A model generated the notes under the pieces. The model did not search any database and was not told the DNA's origin. It saw only the letters and a program-made list of their open reading frames with translations. Below, piece after piece: positions 29,772-43,533 of a stretch of 64,000 nucleotides of DNA. This stretch comes from Blastocystis sp. Blastoise (lineage: Eukaryota; Protista; Bigyra: Opalinata). Location of the stretch: assembly GCA_039096225.1 (NCBI GenBank), contig JBBPEB010000030.1, forward strand, positions 496,001 through 560,000. Reading direction: 5' to 3'. Every line of letters starts with the position of its first letter. Position 1 is the first letter of the stretch. A program made the translations under genes and the position numbers.

Positions 29772-29995
29772 TATTATTATAGGTTTATGTTATATGTATT
29801 TTATCGTGGACAATATCTGTGTTTATTCGTGATATAGAAAGACCTATAATTGTATACGATGCTCAAAGTTTAATGTCTGATGAAGGTTCCTTTGATTTCG
29901 ACTTGGAAAATATGCCCAAACAATTTGTTTATGTTTATCCACCTAGTGTTCAACGACGCTCAAAGAAGAAATCAGATCTAACTATTTCTAATTAA
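28389..29995 (+). CDS. Tetraspanin (4 TM, CCG motif); start codon uncertain; contains one AT-AC intron
   Basis: Three TMs, then large loop ESCHCCGF...AC...GPC, then TM4 IIIAICVICVYVICILSWTISVF. Stop at 29993-29995. First exon unresolved. Confidence 0.85.
28704..28857 (+). other. AT-AC minor-spliceosome (U12-type) intron
   Basis: 5' end ATATCCTTT, branch-like TTCTTTAAT at 28841-28849, 3' end TAC. Removal joins CGIL|DFVVL in phase 0. No AG lies between the in-frame TAA TAA (28846-28851) and TM3. Confidence 0.88.
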
Positions 29996-30750
29996 GTGTT
30001 CTGCTATCGTTGTATTCTTAACTTCACTTTTCTCTGTTTCATTTTTTTTATTTGTCATAATCTGGTTTGTTCCTAGTCTCTAATTCCATATATTGAAACT
30101 AATATAGTCAAATAACTTTCTAGCTCTTTCACTTAATTTAAAACTAATTTTATCAACATATCTAACAATTTATTTCACACAATTAGCTCGATATCATACT
30201 AAAACATATAAAAACAATACAGAGAGTATCATCTAAGATATAGACAATAAAATCATTAGATTTAACTAGTGAATTACTTGACTATAACGTTAATGAATGC
30301 GATTTTAATTTTTAAAAATTCGGAAATTAATGAGAATTATAAAATGCTGACATGATGTCCATGAAAAAGGAACCGTCCATTCATGTATCTCTTTGTTTTA
30401 ATAAAAACTCACTTTTTGAATTCGAATCAGTTAGAATTCTATTATCGTTCTTCCATAGAAAATAACAATATTCATAAATTCCCTTCATTATCTCCCCAAA
30501 ATTATTGAATACTCATCTAACCGACGGGTGTCGTTGGATATTCTTTTTTTCTGTTACTAAAAGAACCATTAAAATCAATGGCTCAAATAATCTCATTTGC
30601 TTCTGGAACAAAAAAGAAAATCTAGATCGTAGAATTCTTTTGAGTTCTACGTTTACGTATACTTTTTCTTTTTTAGATTATTTTTATATCATAAATTCTT
30701 TTCTTTTATAAAGAATAAAAAATTAATTAATTTTATTGTAAATAAATAAT

Positions 30751-33413
30751 ATGGCTTCTGTAGAATATGGTTTTGAAGTTGAAGCAGCTCATAAGGGTTG
30801 TGTACGTTTTTTATATACTATTATTTTTTAATTTTTTTTTTATCTTTTTTCTTTGTATAGTCTGCTGTTATTAGAAATAAGAACTGTTCTAATGGTTCTT
30901 TCGTCACAAAGAAATACGTTGAATGCGAAACATTGTATATTTTCATTATTTCTACACTGTATGTCTTATTGTAATATTTTTTTATTTAGATATGATAATT
31001 TCCAACGTGGTTTAAAATTAAATCCTAATGGTCCCTGTATGGGTTACAGACCCTTAGTATGTAATTCATAATCGTTATTAATAATTCACAATTTTATTTG
31101 ATTTTTTAAATATATATTTTAAAATTATTTATGTTCTTTAATGTCTTTATTTTTAATAATAATTATTTTTTTAGGATGCTGAAGGAAAGGCTCTTCCCTT
31201 TAAATTTTTCACATTCACTGAAATCTGGCAAAGAATTCAAAATTTTGCTTCTGGTCTTCTTTATTTAGATCTAGTTCCTAAAGTTGATAATTTATGTTTA
31301 TTATCTAATTGAATTCTTTATGTTTATTGTGTTTTTCTAAATTTAGATACTATTTATTTAAATTTTTATTTAATTCAGATATAAATCTAAATATATATAG
31401 TTATGTATTCTTGGTATTTATGCTCACAATTGTGTAGAATGGGGTCTTTCTGAACAAACTTGTAATTCTTATTCATTTACACTTTGTCCTATTTATGATA
31501 CTTTAACACAAGACAGTGTTGATTTTATATTTAAACAAACTCAAATGAAGACCTGTATCTGTGGTTCTAATGAAACCTTTAAAGTATATATTTGTGTATA
31601 AATTATTTATATATATGTATTCTATTTATAACAATAAATAATTTTAAATTGTATTATTATTATTATTTTTATAGGTTTTATCTAATATTGAAAAGTATGA
31701 AAGTTTAAAGGCTATTGTTCAAATAGGTGATGTATCTAAGAAAGATTATGATATTGCTAGAGATTGTGTATGTATTTATTATCATTATTTATATAATTTA
31801 AAATATGAATTATTATTAATAGTTATATATATATTTTATAGGGTGTAATTATATATACATTTAAGGAAATAGAAGAAGTAGGTGCTAATCATCCTCATGC
31901 TCCTATAGTTCCTACTCCTGAAGATATTCATACTATTTGCTATACTTCAGGTACTACAGGTATGCCTAAAGGTGCTTTAATTTCACATAAGGCTTTTTGT
32001 TCTAATATGTATGCTTGCTTAATGCAAGGTATAGAAGGATGTACTCAAGATAGTTATTTATCCTATTTACCTATGGCTCATGTTTTAGAACGTTTAGTAC
32101 AAAACTTAGTATTAAATTGTGGTGGTAAAGTTGGTTATTATCAAGGATCTACTAAGACTTTAGTTGATGATCTTAAAGCTTTTAGACCTACTGTATTTGT
32201 CAGTGTTCCTAGATTATTAACTCGTATTTATGATACTGTTCTTAAACAAGTTGAAAAATCTAGTTATATATCTCAATATTTATTCCATGCTGCTTTATCT
32301 GCTAAAACTGAAGGATTAAAACAAGGTTATTATTATAATAGACTTTGGGATACTCTTGTTTTTAATAATATTAAAACTTCTATTGGTTTAGATAAATGTT
32401 GGCTTATTTTAAGTGGTTCTGCTCCTCTTCCTCCTGAATGTATGACTTTCTTAAGATGTTTAATTAGTGATTCTGTTTGTGAAGGTTATGGTGCTACTGA
32501 AATTTGTGGATGCTCTCTTCTTCAAGCTAGAAATGATTTCACTATTGGTATATATATATATTTATTATTTTTATAAATAACAATTTTATATAATATTTTT
32601 TAAAAATAATATTTTAGAAATAATAATAAAAATATCTAAAATAATAATAAAAAAATCTAAAATAATAATAAAAATATCTAAAATAATAATAAAAATATCT
32701 AAAATAATAATAAAAATATAATTATAGGTAATGTTGGTGGTCCTACTACTGCTTGTGAAATTAAGTTAGTTGATGTTCCAGAAATGGGATATTTAACTAC
32801 TGATCGTGAACATAATGGTCAACTTTGTATTGCTCGTGGTGAAGTATTATTCAGAGGTCCTTTATTATTCTCTGGTTATTATAAGAATCCTGAAGAAACC
32901 AAGGCTGCTATTGATGAAGAAGGATGGTATCACACAGGTGATGTTGCTGTTTTATTACCTAATTATGCTATTAAAATTGTAGATAGAAAGAAGAATTTCT
33001 TTAAATTATCTCAAGGTGAATATGTTGCTGCTGAGAAATTAGAACTTATTTATTCTCAATGTAAATATATTTCTCAAGTACTTATTTATGGTGATAGTAG
33101 TCGTAATTATTTAATTGCTATTGTCGTTCCTGATAAACATTCTGTTATGGATTGGTATAAACAAACTACTGGCAATGAAAGTGATTTCAAGACTATTTGT
33201 CAATCTAAAGAACTTAAAGATCTTATTCAAAATGATTTCAATAGAATTCAAAAAGAAAATCAATTAAGAGGTATTGAAAAAGTTAAGAATCTTGTTATTG
33301 ATTCTGAACCTTGGAGTGTTGAAAATGATTTACTTACTCCTACTTTCAAATTAAAGAGAAATGCTGTTCAAAAGAAATATTTTGATAAGATTCAAGAAGC
33401 TTATAAAGCTTAA
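30751..33413 (+). CDS. Long-chain fatty acyl-CoA synthetase (ACSL/LACS)
   Basis: ICYTSGTTGMPKG AMP-binding motif, YLPMAHVLE, EGYGATE, GWYHTGD, IVDRKKNFFKLSQGEYVA and LLTPTFKLKR. Confidence 0.96.
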
Positions 33414-33842
33414 ATGTAACCATTATTCTCATATATTTATTTTGCTTTCTTATATATATATATATAATGTGAATCTTCTGCTTTTTTAAAAGTTTTTTTT
33501 TAAATATATATTATCAATAAAAAATTGATATAAATATTTTCTTTATTTTATTGATGATTCATTCTATTATATATGTTTTTATAATTATTCTTTTCTTGTT
33601 TTCATTGTATATTCTGTTTGTAATGTAAACCTTAAATATTCATATAGCTCGTGTGCTCTTTCTTAATAGCTTGTATATTTGTATTAACATATATTGTTTT
33701 GTTTCCTTTTTGTAATGACAATTATTTTTATTAATTAATATTTTATGTGTACGTGATTCACTCTCACATATAAAACAAAAATGATGAAAAACATTTACAA
33801 AACCTTATAGATTATTGGTTTTATTTATATATACATAGACTA

Positions 33843-34854
33843 CTACTTATTCTCTAAAGTAGAACGATAATGCTTATATACATAGTTTCTTACATAATAT
33901 AAATATCTAAGAATCATTTTATATCGTTGTTGATCATATAAAATGGGACAAAAAGTATTCACACAAGTATTATGCAATACATCGTTGATATTCATACATT
34001 TTTGACAATTTCTCAAAGTATTCTAAGAATATATATAATAATAGTATAGATATATACATGATAATAAAATTCATGTTCTTTTATCAATTTTGAAAGTACA
34101 ATTAATACATATGAAGGATAACTAGGTATTAATAGAATTAGTATTCAATATATAAAATAACTTATAAGTATTAAATATGTAAAGAACATAATAAATAGAA
34201 TAATAATTATATAAATAGAATAATATTAATAATAATATAAACATATAAATATAATAATATAAACATATAAATAAAATAATAAATATATAAACATAATAAT
34301 GAACATATATACTTCAGACACTCACTACATATATCAAATTCAATTCCTTGTTTATTACATATCAGACAAGTATTCTTCTTAAAAAAATGAGTAATATTAT
34401 TCATTCTCTCTAGAGATGTCTGATTGGTTATCACATTATTAGTCTCAATTCTATTGGCTAAAATAGATTCAGGAAAAAAAGAACATTCTATTGGCCAATC
34501 AGAATCTCCAGTCAATAGATTCTCAGGAATCGATGGAATAACCGCAGGAAGAGAAATCTCACTAAGTGATAAATACCAACTCATAATATCCACATGAATT
34601 ACATCAAATACCTATATATATGTATATATTCATAGAATATAAATATAAATATTGACTAATAAATAGATAGGCTAATATATATATACTCTTTTTAATACTG
34701 GGATTACCTGTTTAAGTATATAATAAGTACTATTTATTCTATAGGAATGATTCTGCAAATAATCACGGGGAGAAATTACTAAATCTTTTAAAGCTGCAGA
34801 AGGTGGTCCAAAGATAACAATATACGGAACACGTTGTTTATATATAGGCTCTGC

Positions 34855-34924
<70 letters not shown>

Positions 34925-35865
34925 AATAATAAATACCTTGGATCTTGTTTCATCTTTTGAAGAGCAATAACCGCGGGAGGAGGTATATTTGTAAGTGATT
35001 TATAATCTCCTAATTTGACTTCTTTGAAGAATATAAACTCATGAATAGGAAGGAAGGAAGAAGAGAGAAGAGAACGAAATTCGGATTGAAGATATCTATA
35101 TATATATATATTGATTGTTATATGTATATAATAATAATAGATAATAAAAAAATAGAATGAAAAAAATGAATATATTGTTACAATAATACTTTATATATAT
35201 ATATACTGTTTAATAGTTCCTAAATCTCGATGACTGCATAAATACATTAATATATTCGTGAATAATCGCTGAACATATAAACATTGATCACGACGAACTG
35301 TCTCTATTCCTTTACTTTGTAAAAAGGGTGTTGCTGATGGTGATGTGTAGCACATTCCACAATAATGTTTTTTAGATATCAGAACCGCGGGGAAATATAC
35401 TTTTTCGAATTTTAATCGTATAGGAGAAGGAAAGTGAGATGTAATTGTATCTATATATATAATAAATAATATATATATATACCTGCAATATAGTTTCCCA
35501 TATCATATGCTTGTTGAACAGAATAACCCTTTAAATGGACAAATATACTATCGGTATCTCCATAGCTATATATAATCATGAGAATAATAAGTATAATGGT
35601 TACAATAATTATCATATATATATACATACATGACTTCAGCTCCCTGTATATTATCTTCTATGTATTGAATACTATATCTCAGAACATCTCGTCCAGTTTC
35701 TACTACACTATCCCCCAAGTGACTACAAGGCATACGACCGGAATAACCGGCAGACATGTAGCTATATAATAATAATAATAATAATAATATACATAGATAT
35801 ATATATATACCCATATGTAACATTTGCTACCATCTTCAACGAATATTGACGGGAATCCATCTTTC

Positions 35866-35896
<31 letters not shown>

Positions 35897-37900
35897 ATAT
35901 ATATATATATATAAATACTTATCTTTTTTCTCTGGATCCGCATTTTTTATCATAACTCTATATATATATATATATAAATAATATATATATATATATATAC
36001 CTAGTTGTTAATATATCTTTTAGCATAGTACAAAACATTCCTTCTCGAAGCGATTTCCCCGCGAATACACATCCATTTGAAGATATGTAATAATCCCCGT
36101 GGGAATATGCTTGTTCTACAGCACTTTTTGTAGGTTTAAAACTAGAATCAAATCCAATACCACTGTAAAAAGAGGTATGAGTCTTCTTATTAAGAATACC
36201 AATTAAAGTGGAAAAACACATGTTATAACCGATAATAACAGAAGGATATAGTGATTGAAAGTCTAATACAACTACGGGTGATGTATATATATTTGATTTT
36301 GGCTCTAAAACCATGGGAATACACTCCATTGGAGGCTGGAAGTATAACTATATATATATATATATAAAGAAAAAGAGAAAAAACATGAATAGATATAATA
36401 GTATACTTCTTTTTCAGTAGTATTTCTACAGAGAAAGTTGAATTCCTTATTTAACCTTAAATATAGATTCTCTACACGGTATTGACTACCACGAACATAC
36501 ATATCTTCAATATCTACACCATGAACACGTGATGTCTCCATCATTTCATTGGATATATCTAAATCACGTACAATGGTCAAATCCGATTGGGTTTTATACA
36601 CGAGAAACTGAAGAATCTCAACGACTGTGCTTTTATTTTTATACCTATATAAATGTTATTATATTATATTGAACATATATATATAATAATCGTTACATAT
36701 ATACATAAAAGAACATCTACACAATATATATATATAGAGTATACATTTTAGTAATAGTAGTATCTGAATATACAGGTATTCTCTTCTTATAAATAGCATA
36801 TATATAGTAATCAAAGTCATAAGAGAGGAGGGAGGTCTTCTTTCGTAGTAATCGCCATAAATTAATTACTATATATATATAGGTATTATAAAAATGAAGA
36901 AAAGAGAATACATATATTGTATATATTAAAAATAAATAAATAAATAAATAATAAATAACTATTAAATACATAAATAAATAAATAATGTAAATAAATATAA
37001 ATAAATATATATATAAATATAAATAAATAAATAAAATAAAACAAATAAATATCTACCAAGTCTTCCATCAATTGTAATAGCACTTCCTTTTTTACTTAAA
37101 TATTTTGATTTATATCTATTTACATAGACTTTAATATTTTCTTGATATTCGTCACATATATTCTCCTCATAAAAAAACACGAAATGACCGTTTTCATTTG
37201 ATAATGACGCAGGACATACAATACGTGCTTCTGGATCACTAATAATATCTCGAAAACGAAGAATAAAGTCCTCATTTTGAGGGTCATAATCATGGGAATT
37301 TTGTACATATTGATATAAAGATGTAGAATGAAGATAATAGATAATATCTTCTGTTGTAGTATATATAAAAGGTGTTCTTGATATATATAGAGAAAGAGGT
37401 ATATGTAGGTATAAACAACGATCAAATATATATCCCAAAGAAGACTTCTGAGTCTATTTATATGAATAATAGATTTATTATGAAGAATAAATGAATTATA
37501 TATATATTTATTTTATATATGAATAATAGATTTATTATGTAGAATAGATGAATTATATATATATTTATTTTATATATGAATAATAGATTTATTATGTAGA
37601 ATAAATGAATTATATATATATTTATTTTATATATGAATAATAGATTTATTATGTAGAATAAATGAATTATATATATATTTATTTAATATATATATACTTC
37701 ATATCCAAATAGAATGTCAGGGTCATAATATACAACTATATATATAAATATATATATCAACTCTATCTCATGCTCTACACGATATAGAGATAACCGCGGG
37801 AATCTTGAGGATATATATTGTTCTAAATAAATTAATAAATAATATGTATACGTATATATATAAATATACTTTGGTATTCATCACAATAATCACAATCACC

Positions 37901-37942
<42 letters not shown>

Positions 37943-38577
37943 ATATTTACATAAGATAATTCCAGTAATTGGCTCTTTTTCAGCTTCATAATAACTATAT
38001 ATATATATAACTATATATATAACTATATAAATACATCTCTTGTATAGAAAAACACAATGCCATTATTTGATTGGTTGCAGGATCTGGTGACACATCCTCT
38101 GTCACTTCAATAAGTACCTCTACACTCATAAAAGTTAACATCTATATAATAATATAAATACTCAAATAATATCATAGAAAACTATTCTATATATATATTA
38201 ATTATTAGATATATATATACTTTTTCTTTATATTGAATAGAATCCTTATTTGATTCTTCACAGAATTGTGAATTATTAGTAGTATTATTTATAGTATTAT
38301 TAATATTGTCGTTATTCTCTTCTTCTTTCTTCTTCTTCTCTATACATATCTTTGGAGATGGAGGAATAGGTATATAATCATAACAACATATTTCTACATC
38401 TTTAGAATTCCCGTAGGAATAACCGGAATTATCAATATATATATCAGATAATATATTAGTCCAATGATCCATTCCTAATCTATATATATATATATAGTTA
38501 TATATATAGTTATATATATACATTGGAGTAGCTTGAGTCTCTGTAACATTTTCACTGGAATCATTTTTATATCTATA

Positions 38578-38624
<47 letters not shown>

Positions 38625-41015
38625 TTGTAATATAATTGACGTGATATGGAAGTATCAAAGAGAGGATCAAAATAAGCTTCTACATATATATATATATATT
38701 TATATAGATAAGATACCTAATTTATATGGGTTAGAATTAACAGCAAAATTATTATCCTTCTGATTACCGCGGTTATTTGAAGCTGATTTTGATGGTTGTA
38801 TATAGTCATAAATAGAAGTGGCGGGATGCAATGGCGGGTAATAATGAATAGGGAGATCATATCTATATATATAAATATATAAATTTTTATTATATATATT
38901 ATATATTATATATATATATATATACCGAAGCATAGAAGAAAGAGAAAGAGAGGGTGATATCGGTATAGGATTATATATAAATAAAGTAGTTTCACAATTA
39001 TTCTCATTGATACTAGTGTCAATTGATTTATTCCCATGAATATGAATATCATCATATGATATTGTTCCATCCACTATAAATATATGTAATATATATATAT
39101 GTATATATACGCGTAGCTGAGCTATCATCAGTAATAGATAGGGTATTCCGAAGGGAGTTTTCAAGTATTTCTGAGTGCTGATTGGATTGCTGTTGAATTA
39201 ATGATATATTGGGAGGACAAGGAGGGGAAATCGTAATATTAGTATTATTAATATTATTAATATTATTAGTATTATTAATACTATTAGAATTATTAGAATT
39301 ATGAGGAGAAACTGTATTACTAGAATTATTAGTATTACTAGTATTATTACTATTATTATTAATGGATAAAGAATAAGTTAATAGACTATTCTTTAAATTA
39401 CATGAGTTATCTAGATTATTTGTATTTTCAGGATTATTTTTACTATTTAATAGGGGTAATAGATTTGAGTGAGAAGAAGAATTAGAATTATTATCTATAT
39501 ACAGAGTGTCTATTTCAGGAAGTATTTGAGATTGAGAAAAAATGGTTTGAATTGACATACTAGATAGAAATGTATATAGATAGAGAAGTCATCAATATAT
39601 ATATATAGATATATAGATATAATAAATATATGAAAAAAAAATATAAAATGATAAAAATAAAATAAAATAAATAAAATAATAGATACTTGTTATCATTATT
39701 TTCATTTATGTTTTCTATATTATTATTCACATATAGATCTTCTATATTAATGTCTGTATTAGTAGCATTATTAGAAAGAGGAGGAGAAGAAGACAAAGAG
39801 TGAGCTAAAGAGAAAAAGAGATATAATTAGGTAATAATAATACTAAAAAAATAATGATATATATATAAAAATAATAATAATATTAACAATAATAATATAT
39901 ATAAAAAATATATATATACTATTGCAACAATTATAAAGTGCTTCTTCACATTTCTATAAAAAATATATATATAATTTAAAAATATAAAAAATACTTGAGA
40001 AAGAAGAACTTCTTCGCCTTCTTCTTGTGAATAACCAATAGGAATTGAAGGTTCTGAAACAGTATTCTGACTGAGATGTGATTTGTTATAGTTTATATCT
40101 TCTGTTACATTATTATTATTATTATTATTAGAGTTATCAGAGCTATTACTTAAAAGAACTCGTTTTTCTCTATAATCATGATCTAGAGTGGAATTAGAGA
40201 ATACAGATCTAGAGATATTATCCTTATTATTTATATCTACATCTTTTACTATATCTATGCCATTATCATTATAAACATTTTTATTATTATCAATATCAAT
40301 ATCTTTATTATTATCAATATTAATATTAATATCTTTATTATTATCAGTATTTATATCTATAATACTTTCTATACTATTACTATTTTCTTCTTCTTCTTCA
40401 TCATCATCATTATCACTATACTCAAACTGACTCATTCTCTCATTTTCTTGATTTATATCTATTGTCATTTCTTCATCTTCATCATCTTCCTCTTGCAGTA
40501 GATCATTGTTTCCATGGGAATATGCATTCTTCAATGGATATTTAGTCTGAGAATAGTTATTTTTCATAGGATCAGATAGTTTATGGTGATTATTTGTATA
40601 TATCATTTTCACGCAATTATCATTACAATCAATATAATTATCATTATTATTTAAAAATAATGTGCTATTTATTGAAGAAGAAGAAGAAGAAAGAGGATTT
40701 GATGGAGATATAGGTATATTCATAGATGTATGTATATAAGTATTAGAATGACCAACAGGAATAGTAGGAAGAGAATGAGTATTTATAGAAGATATAGGTA
40801 GAGATAGAGATATATCTTTGGGATTATTTGAGGAGAATAACTGTCGTTTTACTTGTGTATCTTTTAATTGAATAGAATCTATAGATATATCATGATCCGA
40901 ATTGATAGGAGAAGAACTTTCTTGAGATGGTGGAATAGAAAGAGTATTTGATTGTATACTTTTTGTATTTTTAATCTTCAAAATAGAGTATAAAGAAGGA
41001 GAATATGGAGTATTA

Positions 41016-41067
<52 letters not shown>

Positions 41068-42916
41068 GAATAGTGTCTTGCTCAGCAGGAGAAGGAATAG
41101 GAGAGTGATTTTGACTTATAGAGAGAGATTCCGATAAGGGAGATTTAATAGTATTAGGCGTATTAATAATATTAGGCGTATTAATAGTATTAGGAGTATT
41201 AATAATAGAATTCATTTTATTATTAGGAGTATTAATAATAGAATTCATTTTATTATTAGGAGTATTAATATTATTAATAGTCTTTATATTTTGTGAAATA
41301 GGCGTAGATTCAGAAGAAGAATGTGTATCTATATATGAGCATAAAGATGTATTTAAACAAACTTTATTCTTCTGTGGAGTTTTATAAATCTCTTTTTCTT
41401 TTTTCAACTGTTTTTCTTTAATAATATTTTGAGCAGTTTCTTCAAATTGCTTATACAGTTGTTTTTGAGCCATTGTTTTTGGACTTTCCTGTCTTTCTAT
41501 ATCATCAGATAAATCCGGGATATCTTGTGTTCCATATTGTTCTTGAATTACTTGATAAATAGTTTTTAACGAAGGTATCTATATATATATATATTTTTTT
41601 ATGAATACATTTATAATTATTTAATTATAAAAAAAATATTATATAAATATATTATATAATATATTTATAAGAAATATAAATTTATATAAAATATATAAAT
41701 AGATAACATACTTTAAGTTCAAGTGTTGAACTAGTTAGTGTTTGAGAGATAGAAGGATATATATCTGTATATATAACATCATATTCAGAAACAGCTATAG
41801 ATTGTCTTGGATATGAAGGAATTGAATCAGGAGTTATATATAATACTATATATATATAAAGGAATATAATAATAATAGTAAGCAAGCATATTAATAATAA
41901 TAATAATAAAAATAATAATAAATCTATATATTTACCATTATCAACAGAAGGTATTGAATAATTATGAAAATGTGAATCACGTATCTATATAAATAAGAAT
42001 AATTTCTTAATTAATATAGAATAAAAAAAAACAATTATTCTTTAAATCTGTCTATTTACTTTAGCTTGACTTATAATAATATTAGTCATTGGATATAAAC
42101 ATAAATCCGTGAGAAATTTCAATTTATAGGAATATTGATGTTCAAAAACTGTAAAGCAAATACCATCTATTCCTCCAGATCCTAAAAGATTTCCTAGTCG
42201 CTTAATCAATGACTGATTATATCTATATTACAGATTAAATTAAAAAAATACTTTTAATATAACATAAATACATTGTAATTCGTAACACAGGTGAGTAGAT
42301 ATCATGATATCCATATATACTAACTGATCTTTCAATTGATAACTATATATAAAATATATATCACCTGATATAAAAATGTATAATAACGTTTATTCTTTAA
42401 AAAAATACTGAATGAACATGTTTCACTGTTTGAACAACGGATTTCTTATAATCTATAAAATTGAGGGATTATATCAAATGAATAATTTAATAAAATACTT
42501 TTATAAGTCAACATTTGATCAATTGCTTTTTCTAATTTCATTTCAAATTCATCTAACCATTTGTCAATATTGTCACCAAGTGCTACATCCTCAAGCCCAA
42601 TGTATAAATAAGGAAAATACTATAGAAGAATAATATATTTTAAATAATTATGAACATACATCATGAACATGTATACAACAAAGCTGATTATTGTCTTTAT
42701 AGCCGAAGAGACGCGTAATTGGCTTATAACAAGAAAATGAAGTTGTATGATACTTTTCTACCCAACTCTTTGATGCTCCAGTCTTGATATATGTGAATTC
42801 TCTATACGAATCCTATATGAATAAGTAGTTTATTAACTAATTATATAAATAAAAAATACAATTTTGAATAATCGTAGTTTAAATTGTGATGAGTCTTGTA
42901 TAGATCCACTTTGCAT
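33843..42916 (-). CDS. REV3: DNA polymerase zeta catalytic subunit, many exons, with a large low-complexity insert
   Basis: N-terminal RLFG...[67 protein letters not shown], and C-terminal CxxC..CxxC and CxxC...CxxxxC motifs. Confidence 0.93.
37457..37690. repeat. Intronic minisatellite (~58 nt, ~4 copies) in REV3
   Basis: ATATGAATAATAGATTTATTATGTAGAATAAATGAATTATATATATATTTATTTT repeated in tandem. Confidence 0.85.
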
Positions 42917-43533
42917 GACAGAAAGATAGCCAAATATCACAAATATAACTGTGTAAGTGTATCTTGTTGTTGATAAAATGAAATGAATATTTTTTCCCTC
43001 GCTTTTTCTTCTTCTTGCTCTTGTTCATGGATATTTGTGTTTCTTTCAGCAAATCTATTATTTCTTCTTTAGATGAACAGAATGAATATATTTTAAGATT
43101 GTGCATATATAAATAAATATAAATGATAAGACGTTTCATATATAAATAAATATAAATGATAAATTTCAACAAAACAAATGTATAACTATAAAAATAATGT
43201 TAACCCATATTATGTGAAGTATATATACTTATTAGATAAGAAATACTGTTTATAACTGAAAAGAAAGTAGTTTAAAATATAAATAAAAAAAAAACACTTT
43301 AAAGTTATATATAAATAATTCAATAAGAATAAATGAAAGAGTATATAAATAGTAGATATAAAAATAAAAAACAAAGAAATAGAAAAAGAAGAAAAAAAAA
43401 GTTAAATTATGAAGTCAACATAGATAAGAAATAAATAAATAGTGTATTATATGTAACAATACATATATACATATATATATATATATAAACATCTAATAAA
43501 TAAATAAATATATGAAATACAAATATTGATTCC

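Noticed and set aside
31280-31400. Possible non-canonical intron in the acyl-CoA synthetase
   Set aside because: A phase-0 GT donor (AAA|GTTGAT) with the TAG acceptor at 31400 restores the frame; no U12 signals.
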